Assembly: GCA_051294375.1 (NCBI GenBank)
Contig: CM119269.1
Span: forward strand, 20,879,665 to 20,943,664
DNA length: 64,000 nt
DNA from: Paraspadella gotoi
Taxonomy: Eukaryota; Animalia; Chaetognatha
Reading direction: 5' to 3'
Below the pieces are notes generated by a model. It was not told where the DNA came from. It saw only the letters and a program-made list of their open reading frames with translations, and did not search any database. Each line of letters starts with the position of its first letter. The first letter of the stretch is position 1. The position numbers and the translations under genes are program-made. This document shows positions 13,701 to 26,737 of the stretch, one piece after another.

Positions 13701-15198
13701 GAATCCGTCATGATGCAAGTGAACATATTAAGAAGCATTTAAATTATTAAAAATTATTATGAATATAATTGCAGAAGTCTTTTTTTTATCTTCTTATTAA
13801 TACCGCGGCTGTTGTTATAGTTTAATGGCGACGCAATTGTGACTTATTTATCTATAAACAGGTATAAAATATTATCAATTATAATTTTTTATTTTGGCAA
13901 AATAGTCGTCTGATGTGGCTTCGGCTCTGTGCCCCTGGTTCCGGAAGTCTTGGCGGAATTGATGCAAGAGTGAATCATGTAACTCACTCATGTGGCTCAG
14001 GACCTCATGGAAATCATGGGCCGAATGTGAGAGACGAGATTCGCGCCTTGGGCGAGAGAGAGAGAGAGAGAGGGAGAGAGAGAGAGAGAGACTTGAAGCG
14101 AGAGATATTGGGGATTTGTCGGGAATATTGGCAACAAGAGTGACAAGAGGTGAAAAGTAGGTGAGAAGGAAAGAAAGAAAGAAAGAAAGAAAGTGACGCG
14201 AATTCAATCCGAAATCAAAGTTCAGGACTTTTCAGTCGTGATATCGTTGTTCCTGTCGTCGTCGTCGTCGTGTACTCATTTACAAATATAAAATTTTCAA
14301 TTCATTTTGTAAAAACTGGATTATTTCAAATTGGATGAGATTCTTTAGTTATAGCTGTAGTCGGGCATTGCCTAAGTTAACCTCGCCTATAAGCAAGACG
14401 CCTTCAGTCGTGACCCGGTGGGTCATTGAGTAAATCCATCAGCTAATGATGATTAGGTACCGGGTTCAATCCCAACCCTCTACCTCTACGGGAAGTGTGA
14501 GGTCGGCCCTAACCCGCATTGGGGAAGTTGAAAATCCTCAAGCCCGGTTCTAAGCCCAGGACCCTTTCCATTGATGCTGAGGAATACAGGAGTAGTCTTC
14601 AACCAACTTTGCCCCTTTACCTTGCGAGTAAAAAATAAAAAAAACTTTTTTCTCTCGCAAAGGGGGGAACGTCTATGATTTGCGAGGCGCCGGCGGGAGG
14701 CATCTCTCGAAAGATGGCACCAAGGACCAGCACTGACCCCTCTATGTCACTTTATACGAGAGTGACCGAGAGAGAATTGAGGCGTAATAGAACTCATGGT
14801 TAAATCTGTCCAAATCACTTGTACGAGCTGAGTCCAACAATGCTATATACGTAGTACTGAAGTCGAATTTATGATTCGCCACAGTTCCTCATTTATTTCT
14901 TATTCCCTCCCCCAATATTTCTATTCCATTTTTTTTTATTTCTTCTTCTCCCAATTCACTTTTTTTTAAATTTCCTCCCTTCTACTCTCTATTTCCCCCC
15001 CCCCCCCGAACACCTCACTTTTCTTCCAGATTTACCTCAACATCAAGCGGCGCCACCAAGGTCTCGCCAAACACGCCGACGCCTCCCGCGACGCCGCCTC
15101 GAGAACGCCCTGGCATCAGCGTCTCAAGAACTTCGTCACGGGGAAGGAGGAGGAGGAAGAGGAAGAGGATCTCAGCGATAAGGCGGAGACGCCATTGG
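914..15198 (+). CDS. HRH3-like: Partial multi-exon class A aminergic GPCR, histamine H3/H4 receptor-like (exons 914-1056, 4897-4993, ~5969-6071+, 15030-15198; TM1-2 and TM6-7 not found in window)
   Basis: Phase-compatible GT-AG exons give GYWVLGRELCVVWLIVDFLIGSVSVFSIALITLDRYWLVTKALEYRSQ|KMSTRPVTLLVGTWTLALCMWAPAMIFWEMISG|VADPEAWETCEPPFRNTLWYLLVMAVIEFFTPF...|IYLNIKRR. Motifs C3.25, D3.32, DRY, W4.50, the ECL2 Cys, EFFTPF and IYLNIxRR match recalled H3 receptor motifs. The span crosses a redundant assembly copy. Confidence 0.8.
4897..4993 (+). CDS. HRH3-like: GPCR exon: TM4
   Basis: Polypyrimidine tract then caacag acceptor; gtgaga donor; 97 nt, phase 0 to 1; KMSTRPVTLLVGTWTLALCMWAPAMIFWEMISG. 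Not in the ORF track. Confidence 0.88.
5971..6071 (+). CDS. HRH3-like: GPCR exon (partial, between N gaps): ECL2-TM5
   Basis: VADPEAWETCEPPFRNTLWYLLVMAVIEFFTPF. The noisy copy at 13075-13246 shows the ccccag acceptor and a 3' end consistent with SLWLNVQ after indel correction. Confidence 0.88.
6912..13246 (+). repeat. Indel-rich direct duplicate of 1-~6100, with frameshifted copies of the GPCR exons (7877-8003, ~11877-11971, 13075-13246)
   Basis: Collinear with positions 1-6071 throughout; differences are mostly 1-nt indels, typical of unpolished long-read sequence. Confidence 0.9.
13524..13673 (+). CDS. Candidate symmetric (phase 1-1) acidic exon, possibly GPCR ICL3
   Basis: ttgtag acceptor, G|gtaaaa donor, 150 nt open: VVYNNIENRQTVGSPRKAEANEERLNREEEDEDEEEEEVREVRECLPTE. 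Confidence 0.3.
14408..14645 (+). mobile_element. Probable tRNA-derived SINE
   Basis: B-box-like GGTTCAATCCC at ~14463, GC-richer body, A-rich tail at ~14630; single copy in window. Confidence 0.4.
15030..15198 (+). CDS. HRH3-like: GPCR exon: end of TM5 and start of ICL3
   Basis: ttcttccag acceptor, gtaagt donor; IYLNIKRRHQGLAKHADASRDAASRTPWHQRLKNFVTGKEEEEEEEDLSDKAETPL; IYLNIKRR resembles H3 IYLNIQRR. Confidence 0.85.
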
Positions 15199-15669
15199 GT
15201 AAGTTCATCCTTACCTCCTTAGGCGGAGGGACATACGGGGCAAGATGATCCAGGAAAATTTTTGGTTCGAGAATTTCGACTGTTGACGCTCGTTCTGAAG
15301 ATTTCATCGCTTTTGAAAGGGAGATTTTTAATCGTTTTCAATGTTAAAAAAGGGTTTCGCTGTAGAGAAATAGGGAAGAAATTAGGGAGAAAGAAGAGAA
15401 AATAAAATATATATTTGTAAAGAAATAAACAAAATAAAGAAAATATGTTATAAAGGAGAAAAAAGGCGTGAAAATAAAATAAAATAATATACTATTCATC
15501 CAATTTATAAAAAAAAGAGGTTCGATTCGCCTCCAGATTTCCCACCCTCTATTAATTCCTCTTCATATGCAAATTCTTCTGTTAACTTTTTTTTCCGCGT
15601 AGTTCGGAGATGGTTTGATTCTTCGTAACCTTTTGAACTATTTTAATTTTTAGAATTGAGCTAAGAGAG

Positions 15670-15744
<75 letters not shown>

Positions 15745-15932
15745 AGAGAGAACAGAGAGCCAGAGATATAATTATCTATCGAATAGCAGAGAAAAAAGAA
15801 AAATAAAGCAAAGTTTAAAAAATGAAGAATACTGCGAAAAATGTAATCTGCGGAAAAAAAATATCGATAGTAAAACCAGAAAAATAGGTTAAATATGTGA
15901 GGGAAGCTAAAAGTTTTGACGCAAGCAATTTT

Positions 15933-15974
<42 letters not shown>

Positions 15975-17488
15975 CTCACTGAATAATTTACTCACCGCGG
16001 GACCAATTCGTGAAAGGCCCGCACTTCAACATCGGCCCCCTCACAGAAAACACTCACAGAAAACAGTCGGAACCGTTAACCCTTTTGCCACCCCCGGTCT
16101 GAAAGCTAATCACACTGCTGCCACCTTTATTACAACTAAACTAACTAGTTATTATATTAATTACCTCAACATTTAGTAATTTATTTATTGCTGTTTGAAG
16201 CTTGTCAATCGATTTATATATTAAACCAAACAATACATTGTAAGAATAGTAACAATTATGTTTAAGGAATACCCCTCCGATACGCTGGCCAGTATGGTAG
16301 AAATGTTTTTTTGCTGCCTTTGTATATGTAACAAAAAATAATTAAGCTCTTTTTCAAAACAATTTTGCATAATAGTATCATTAATTAAATATTTTATAGT
16401 AATATCCTTAGAAAATCATAAAATTTTACAATCCTATTTTTTACCGGAAAAAACTGAAAAAACTTTTGTAAGATATGTTTTATGATATTTTTAGGTTAAA
16501 GCTGCAAAAAATGACTAAAACTTTTCATTCTATAATAATTTCTTCTTCCGAGAAAAAAAAATTTTATTTTTTGATGCGGAAGACATATGAATTTTTCATA
16601 ACATATTTTATATTTTTGATCTAATTTTTATGAAGAATCAGAATCTTTAATAAAATTTTAAACAAAATTATTTTATAAGGATATTAATATATACCCCAAA
16701 CAATATAAAAAAAATTATTTTTTTTATTCCTTAATCATACTATCTCACGTCTAAATATCCTTGTTTGTTCACTCAAATAAAATTTATATACCCTAGTGCT
16801 CCACTCTACTGGCCAGCACCACTTTCCCCTTCCGCCCCCATCCCCTGACTTTTGAGAGGCGAAGAATTTTGGGTTTCCATCTACGAAAAAGTTGTGGGCC
16901 TCTTTTCTTGAGGAAAAATGAGAGAGAATGAGAGTGGATGATGAACGGAAGAGAGACAGTGTTCAAAGGAAGGAGGGAAAAAGAGAGGTTAAAGGAATAA
17001 AGAAAAAAAGTAAAGAAGTGAAAGGAATAGATGGGAGCGAAAATATTTAGGTCAAAGAAAACGGGTAAGGGCAAGACGGGGAAAGGCTATGTACTATGTA
17101 GCATTCTCTACCAGCTTCAATTCGATGTGGATGAGCTAATTTTTTTTTTCATTGCCTCAGGGAATTTGATTTGACTTTATTTTTCGACTTATGGCTATTT
17201 TTTTAATTAACTCGGGGGGGGGGAAGCTATTATCAAAAAGTATAATTTTATCTACTCACATAAATCCCGTGAAAATAAATGAAATTAAATGTTAAAAACC
17301 AGCAGTTATTGAAACTATTTTAACCATTAAACAAAAAAAAAAAAACAATTATCTCGTTTTAACCAAACAACTTCATACTAAGTTGGATGGTGACCAATTA
17401 GTTTAAAATTTAAAAAAAAGGTAGTATTGTACTTGTTGCGTCCACAGTATATACATTGATGAAAGGGATCGTTTCAATCTCTCGACCC

Positions 17489-17621
17489 TCATTTTTCTCT
17501 CATCCCCCTGGGTTTGCCCGTGGGACGAAGTTCGTCCAGGTCCTTCTTAGTTTTCTCCTCCAAGGCCCGGATGTCCTCGATGGTCATACCGAGCCAACGA
17601 TCGATCGAGCAAAACATTTCC
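17489..17621 (-). CDS. PITPN: PITP-A exon 7 (terminal)
   Basis: [43 protein letters not shown]-stop. Confidence 0.92.
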
Positions 17622-20600
17622 CTAAATGGAATCTCAGTTTAATTACAAAATCCTTTGCTGCATTTCCACGAATACACAATATTAGGATCAAAGTAAAAAT
17701 CTTCGATAAAAAACAAAAGTAAATAGTACAGACCTGTGCAAAAAAAAAATAGGAAACTCTTTAAACTTAAATTGCGCGCATTTTACGCATGTATTATAAA
17801 AAAATATGAATGATAAATGTAGAATGTAGATTAAATTGCAGATCAAAATTCGAATAAAGAATTGGATTAAAGAACATTGATATATAAAAATTTTTTTTTT
17901 AAATTTCTCAATTTTTGCATACGCCCATATGTATACATAGAAAATGTCAAAATTTTAAAATATTTTTTTCTTAGTTTTGAAGGCAGATTCGAATTCCTCA
18001 CGAAAAGTTGATAAAAGAAAATATAAGTGTTAATCGAAAATTCTTTCATTTAGTTTTTTTTTAATTTTTGGCTATATTTTTTATAATAAAATTTNNNNNN
18101 NNNNNNNNNNNNNNNNNNNAATGTAGAGTTAATAAAATAGTTTTTTAGGATTTTGACCATTTAATGAAATAATTTTCTAAAAAAGAGTTATATTTCCTTT
18201 ATGAGCCTTTTTGTGAGGAATCGAATCTTGCTTTTAAAAAAAAGGAAAAAAACATTTTAAAATTTTAACATTTTCTATGTATAAATATAGAGCGTATGCA
18301 AAAATTGAAAAAATAATTTTATTTAAAAATGTTCACAGCGTACAAGCCTGTTCTTGATCTACTATTCGAATTTTGATCTTCTTGATTTATATTTTACTTA
18401 CGCACTTTAATGTAGATTTGAAAACGGTACTCCATATGTGAAGCTTCAAAGGAAAAAAATCGGTTCAAGCATTCAGAGCTTAGCTGCCAGAAAGACATAT
18501 GTCAAGAACAAAATGAGATCTGCCAAAAACCCAGGAATACTTTTGAGCCTACATTTATAGTTATAGTATTTATTTTTTAAAAGAAATATGAAGGGAAATA
18601 AATCTTTTTAATAGGAATCCATGTGTAACTTAAAATTCATCCATAGCTACAGCACCTTAAGAGGTTTTAAAAATACATCATTTTCCGTTTGAAAGCAGCT
18701 AACTTTTAAAAAATCACTCCTGAGAAAGAAACGTATAACCACATATTAACCAAATTTACTTTTTCTGTGAATAATTCACTGTATAAACATCTTCATTTTA
18801 AAGGAAATCTTAACTTGATTTATTGTTCATCAATGTTTTGTTTTTGGGTGTCCTCCTTTTTTTTTAACAACAAGTAATTTATGGACAAGGGTCTTCTCCT
18901 TACACTAAAATAACCTGTGGAAGTTAGCAAAATCCTGTGTATCCCTTTTTTAAAATTTTTTCAAACCTTGGTTTTTGTCCGAACCTTAAAAGTGAAAATT
19001 AATTTTAAAATTTTTTTAAAAAAGAAAGAAAAGTAAAATTTTACCATTTCCATTTAAATTTTAAGCGAAAGGGGCTTGTAAAATACCACATAAACCGGCT
19101 TCAGTCTTTTGCCAAATCACCGACAAAGGGCCGCGACGGTCTTGCGGAAGGAACTGCGTCGGGTCCCTGTCGGATTCGTATCACCTGTATGAGAAAGATT
19201 TTGATCGGTAATCGTTAATTAAAAGTTATTTTTAAAATTTGAAAGTTCGAATATTTAGAACATGTGATCAGATTAAGTGAACTACGAACCATAAAATTTG
19301 AAAAAAAAATGATCATTTCGCCAATAAACGAACAACAACAAACAAAAAAAAGATGACGGTGAAGTTCCCAATAAGATGATGTTGGCACTCACTCGAATTT
19401 GATCATTGAGTTGGCGATTATCGATAGTGGATGATCTTGAAAAGCAAATGACAAAGACATAATTTTGAAATTTTAATAATTAATCAGTGTGGCAACGTTT
19501 TTACATGAATAAGTTTGAGAAAACAATGTCCGGATCTGCTCCACAAAATTTAAGTGTAATAATTATAAAATTAAATAAATAAATAATAAAATAAATAAAA
19601 TAAAATTATTGGAAGACGTTTTTAATGTTTTTCACAATGACTTATTTGTATTAAAAACCCGTAAAAAAACCCAAAAAGGGCGCTTTCAGTATTAACAAAT
19701 TGTTTGTGAATTTTGAAATTATTTTTGTGCCAAAAGAAGAGAGAGAGAAAGAGAGAGAGAAAGAGGGCAAAATTTTCAATGACAGAGTTCAGAAAAGATA
19801 TGGTCAGATGTGAGGACAGGTTAAGGTGAGGACAGATTGCAGTTAGATTGTGAAAAGAAATAAAAGGTGGAAAGGAGAAAGAGAGAGAAGGAGAGAGAAG
19901 AGAGAGAAGCAGAGAAAGAAACATATTAGAAACAATTACAGTTATGCAATGGGTACAACCAAAGATAAAATTTTTAAACTAGAAAGTGATAAAAATACAA
20001 TATTTTTTTAACAATTAACTACTTATAAATTATTGATTATGAAAATTGAAAAAATGAAAGGTGAAAGATTTGAGGCGATATGAGTTTATGAATAGTATAT
20101 TAAAGTGAAAATTAAGAATAAAGAAAGGAGCCACAAAATGAGCTGGCCCCTTTGGTTGAAGCAAATGAAAACCTGATCGATGACGGTCGAGTCATTACGT
20201 CAGTGTTGAAGGACAAGTCGGTTGAGCCATTTGTGCTGCACTAGAAAGGCTTCCACCTCCTACGATTCCATAAAAAATTATATCAAGCTTAAGCATTACT
20301 TTCCTACCTAGACAACAAAATTTTATTTCAATTTATCTAGATCCAATTTTAGATTAATAAAAATGAAAAATTTGTTAAAATAATTCAAGTAATGTGACTT
20401 TGTTTTTCCATTTAACTCATTCACTCGCACGATTCCCTCTAAACTTTATATCGAGCTCAATCACACACTTTCCTACCAACACAAAAAATTTCATTCCAAA
20501 TTCAAATTTCAGCAAGTAATGGAGTTTAATGAAAATTGGGAGATGCGACCTTCAGACAAACAGACAGACAGAAGACAGAATGACATAATTTTTTTTTGCA

Positions 20601-21993
20601 TAAATTATTATAATTCGAAGGTCTGAATATGATAAAAATATTTCCGACAGATTTTGGGTGGGACCGACGGACCAACAAGTGAGTGGAATCTGCGAAAGAT
20701 ACATAACATAACATTAACATTAAACCCATCCCATCAGTGCACCTGTCTGTTGAGTTGATCCTCTGTTTGTCAAAATGTTTTCCTTTTCCTTTCATACGTC
20801 GGCGGACGAATTTAACTCAAAATCAAGAACAAAAATTATCTTCATATAAAGGGCTGCTTATCTCGCCTAAAAACCAAACAATATTGATTCAGTAACTGTA
20901 TTAGTAGCGCTATGATAATCTCTCCGTAAAGGAATCTAACTTGATTTATTTTCATAATGTTTTTTGTTTTTGGGTGTCCTCTTTTTTTTAACAACAATAA
21001 TTATGACAAGGGTCTTCTCCTTTACACTAAAATAACCTGTGGAAAGTTAGCAAAATCCTGTGTATCCCTTTTTTTAAAATTTTTTCAACCTTGGTTTGTA
21101 GTCCGAACCTAAAAGTGAAAATTTATTTAAATTTTTTAAAGAAAAGAAAGAAAAGTAAAAATTTATACCATTTACCATTTAAATTTTAAGGAAAGGAGCT
21201 TGTAAATACACATAACCGGCTTGCAGTCTTTTTGCCAATCACCGACCAAAGGGCCGCGACCGGTCTTGGCGGAAGTGAACTTGGTCGGGTCCCTGTCGGG
21301 ATCGTAATCATCTGTATGAGAAAATTTTTATCGGTCAATCGTTAATTAAAGTTTATTTTAAAATTTGAANNNNNNNNNNNNNNNNNNNNNNNNNNNNNNN
21401 NNNNNNNNNNNNNNNNNNNNNNNNNNNNNNNNNNNNNNNNNNNNNNNNNNNNNNNNNNNNNNNNNNNNNNNNNNNNNNNNNNNNNNNNNNNNNNNNNNNN
21501 NNNNNNNNNNNNNNNNNNNNNNNNNNNNNNNNNNNNNNNNNNNNNNNNNNNNNNNNNNNNNNNNNNNNNNNNNNNNNNNNNNNNNNNNNNNNNNNNNNNN
21601 NNNNNNNNNNNNNNNNNNNNNNNNNNNNNACGGTGAAGTTCCCAATAAGATGATGTTGGCACTCACTCGGATCCATCTTTGAGTTGGCGATATCGATAGA
21701 GATGATCTGAGATAAAGCAAATGACAAAGACATAATTTTGCAATTTTAATAATTAATCAGGTGGCACGTTTTACATGAATAAGTTTGAGAAAACAATGTC
21801 GGATCTGTCCACAATAATTAAGTGGTAATAATTAAATAATTAAATAAATAAATAAATAAAATAAATAAAATAAATATTGGAAGACGTTTTTAATGTTTTT
21901 CTACAGTGACTTTATTTGTATTAAAACGTACAAGCCTTCAGTATTAACAAATTGTTTTGTGAATTTTTGAAATTATTTTTGTGCAAAAGAAGA

Positions 21994-22025
<32 letters not shown>

Positions 22026-25000
22026 GGCAAAATTTTCAATACAGAGTTCAGAAAAGAATAGTGGTCAGATGTGAGGACAGGTTAAGGTGAGGACAGATTG
22101 AGTTAGATTGTGAAAAGAAATTAAAAGGTGAAAGGGAGAAAGAGAGAGAGAGAGAGAGAGAGAGAAAGAAACATATTAGAAACAATACATTATGCAATGT
22201 ACAACAAAGATAAAATTTTTAAACTAAAAGTGATAATAATAAACATTTTTAACAATTAACTACTATAAATTATTGATTATGAAAATGAAAAATGAAAGGT
22301 GAAAGATTTGAGGGATATGAGTTTTGAATAGTTATTAAAGTGAAAATTTAAGAATAAAGAAAGAGCACAAAATGAGCTGGCTCCCTTTGGTTGAAGCAAA
22401 TGAAAGACCTGATCGATGAGGTCGAGTCATTGACGCGTCAGTGGTTGAGAGGACAAGTCGGTTGAGCCTATTTGTGCTGGACTAGAAAGGCTTCCACTCC
22501 TACGATTCCATAAAAAAATTATATCAAGCTTAAGCATGTACTTTCCTACCTAGACACAAAATTTTATTTCAATTTATCTATCCAATTTTTAATCAATATA
22601 ATAAAAATTGTAAAAATAATTCAAGTAAATGTGACTTTTGTTTTTTCCATTTAAACTCNNNNNNNNNNNNNNNNNNNNNNNNNNNNNNNNNNNNNNNNNN
22701 NNNNNNNNNNNNNNNNNNNNNNNNNNNNNNNNNNNNNNNNNNNNNNNNNNNNNNNNNNNNNNNNNNNNNNNNNNNNNNNNNNNNNNNNNNNNNNNNNNNN
22801 NNNNNNNNNNNNNNNNNNNNNNNNNNNNNNNNNNNNNNNNNNNNNNNNNNNNNNNNNNNNNNNNNNNNNNNNNAATTGGAGTTTAATGAAAAGTTGGGAT
22901 GGACCTTCAGACAAACAGACAGACAGACAGACAGACGGAATGACATAATTTTTTTTGCATAAATTATTATAATTCGAGGTTCTGATATGATAAAAATTAT
23001 TTACCGACAAGATTTTGGGGTGGGACCGACGGACCAACAAAGTGAGTTGGAATCTGCGATAAGCATAACATAACATAACATAACATTAAAACCCATTCCT
23101 CATCAGTCACCTGTCTGTCTTTGAGTTGATCCTCTGTTAGTTCAAAGATGTTTTCCTGTTTTCCTTCATCGTCGGCGACGAATTTAGACTCAAAATTCAG
23201 AACAAAATTATCTTTCATATAAGGGCTGCTGTATCTCGTCCTAAAACCAAAAATATGATGTCATGTATACTGTATAGTAGCGTATGGTTTATGTTTTGAC
23301 TATTACCACTATTACTGACAATTACTGAGAATCACGAGTTAACCTCAAAGCATAAAAAGAGAGGAAGAAACCTAGTTAGAGAGAGAAAGCAGATGGAAGA
23401 AAAAAAATTAGAATTACAGCGTGTCCATTTGAAATCCGCCACTAGAAAAAATTAACCAAATGAAAATATGAAAATATTTAAATATTTTGAAAAGAAATAC
23501 TTAAAGACAAAACATACTCATTTTTTATGTATAAATATCATTACTTTCGGTTTACTTCTTCTTTAACAGGAAGAGGTAAAAGATAGCTTTGAAAATGATC
23601 TCCCTGCTCAAAAGCTTAATATTTTTTAATGAAAAATTTGTATCTTACTTTCTGAACAATTTATAAAAAAGTTTTCCAAAAAATAACTATAATATTGATA
23701 TTGCTTGAAAATAACGACTTCAAAGCAGCTAAAAAGTTTGGCAGGACCTTACATTTTTTTAAAATAATTCTCAATAATTGGTTTAAAAAACTGACAAAAA
23801 AAACAAATCAGGCGACATGCCTCAACTTGGTAACGCACTTTCCACCAATATTTTCAGCACTGTCCTCTCTCTTCTCTCTCCATTTCAATTCTTTTCACAA
23901 ACTATCTCTGTCCTCATACTATCACCTGTCCTAATAAAAAACTGAACCACTATCTTTTCTCTCAAGCTCTGTGTTGGAAACTTTGCTCTGTCTCTCTCTC
24001 TCTCTCTCTCTTTCTTTATGCACCAAAATTCTCTTCAAATCACAAATTGAATTGGCGCGAAGAAGACTCGTATGTGAGTCGAAACATGTTCGTTCACTAT
24101 GAAATAAACAACATCGTTGTTAACATCCTCTCTTCAGAACTTTGTTCAAATCAAATCACGAACTGAAACAGAAAGGAAAAAACACACAATTCTCTTTTCT
24201 TTAGAAAATTTTAATATATTTTTAAGTCGGCAACAGACCAAGATTGAAAAATTCATAAACAGAACGATATACAGGATTTTGCTTAACTTTCACAGGTTAT
24301 TTTAGTGTAACAGGAGAGGCCCCTTATTAGTTTTATCGACGCTGTGCAAAAAAAAAGAAGACATCCCCAAAACAAAAATCGTTATGAAAAATAAATCGAG
24401 TTAGATTCCTTTAAAATAAAAATATTATAAGCTGAAACTAATATTCATGGAAAAAGGAAATATTTGTGTAAATTTGTTGTTAAATATGTGTTTATACGTT
24501 CTCGTTAGCAGTGATTCTTGTTAAAAGTAACTGATTCAAAAAGAATGTCGGAGCACAAGAAAATGTATTTTTAACGTACTTGTGTTTAAGGTTTTTGTAG
24601 CTCTGGAATGAATTTTAAAGTTACAACAAATGCATTCCTCTTAAAAACAGTCTTTAATTTCCCAATATCAACTTTTTTTTATAAAAATAATATTGGTGGT
24701 ATTTTCCTCTCTTTCATTAGTTTTAAGAATTATCTCACTCCAAACAATTATCCTCTCAGCCAACGACCCAGCCACTTTTTCTCTCGGCCAGGGGGCGAGC
24801 TGATTTTGAGCTTTTTTTAATTTTTTTTACTTATCCTTATCTTTCTATCTCTCACCACTTATTCTTCGTTTTCATTTTATTTATTTCTTATATTGACATT
24901 GGTTGTAAACCTTTCTATTCGTTTGTTTTTTGGTAATTTAAAAAAACAGTTTTTTAGCTCTTTCTTTATCTCTATTCATTTTCACTAATCCTTTAACATC

Positions 25001-26643
25001 ACTCTCTCTCTTACCACTCAATGCTATAATTCATTTTTTTATCATCACATATTTTGTACTTTGATCCTAAATATGGTATTCATTGGAAATGCAAAAGAAG
25101 GATTCGTGAATAAACCGAAATTCCATTTACAAAATCACTTTCTAAATATTAGGGTATGTCTTTTGCTCGAACTCGATCAATTGGGCACGTATGACCATCG
25201 AGGAACATCCGGGACTTGGAGAAGAAACTAAGAAGGACCTGGAGAACTTCTTTTAACTGGCGAACCCAGGGGATGTTTGGCTTAGAGGAAGTGGAAACAA
25301 TTCTTTCATCGACGTATATACTACTATTTTTTTCATTTTTAACTAGTATTGGTCACCTCCAACGTTAGGAATGCAGCGTTGTTTTGGTTAAAACAAGATA
25401 ATTGTAATTTTTTTTGTCTAATGGTTAAAATAGTTTTAATTACTGGCTGGTATCTTTAAACATTTAGCTTCAATTTATTTTACATAGGATTTATGTTAGT
25501 AGATAAAATTATACTTTTTGATATTACTTTTTTTTTTTTTTTTAACTTGCATAATTTTTCAACTTGTATAATTTTTTCATCTTGCATAATTTTTTCAACT
25601 TGCATTAATTTTTTCACTTGCATAATTTAGCGATAAAGCGATTTACAATAATTAAACGTAAATATAATATTGAAACAAAAATTTATTCGTATTGATATTT
25701 AGAATATTTAGGAAAAAAAAATCCACGAAAATCCGGATATTAAATTTGGGAATAAATGGCGATAATAAAAGTTTTTTAAAGGGAAAAAATTAATTACAGA
25801 GAGAGAGAGAGAGAGAGGAGAGAGAAGAGAGAGAGAGAAAAGATCAAAAGGCAGCAGCAGAAGCGAGCAAAAGAAAAAGAAAAAAAGAATAAACATCCCC
25901 TGCACGAGGCCAGCTGCAGACTCGTTTTTTTTTCTAATGAATCAGTGACAGGGAAAAGAGAGAGAGGAGAAAGACATCGTAATTAAAAGTGAAAAGAGAG
26001 AGAGAAAGAAATATAAAAAAAACACAGAGAGAAAATTTGTTTGTTTTGATAAACGTAATCAAAACATATTTAAATATTGCCAGACTCACTTTTAAAGCAA
26101 CATCGATGATGGAGAAGCTGTATATAAATTTTCAGCTTCATACACCCAAATTTAACTCATAAAAAAAGGAGATCTAATAATTTGAAACGCCGACGACAAC
26201 GCCGGACAACGACGAGCGACGAAACGCCATCTTATGCGCAAAAGCGTTACCAATATCGTCGCATCGCGATTGCGACGATAAAAAAGAGAGAGAGAAAGAT
26301 ATAGAGAAGAGAGAGTGAAGTAACAACAACAAACAAATATCATAACACCTGAACTCCAAAGTAAAAAGGGTAAGAGACAGACACGTTTGGCGAGAAAAGG
26401 TTCAACTCGATAAAACTTTGAGTAGGCAAGAATCGAGCCGAGAAATTCGGGTTTTTTTGGAATTCCCTGTTATTGTTAACAAAGAATAACCTTCTCCCAT
26501 TCGGGCAGTTTCTCTCTCTCTCTCTCTCATCTCTCTGTGTGTCTCTCTCTAAGACCCCGAGGAGGGCCCGCAAAATAGGATCGCCCCTAAGGGCTGTTTC
26601 TCCTCTTCCCGGGCGTTTTTAGTAATATTCTATCATCATCATC

Positions 26644-26691
<48 letters not shown>

Positions 26692-26702
26692 CTCTCTCTC
26701 TG

Positions 26703-26737
<35 letters not shown>

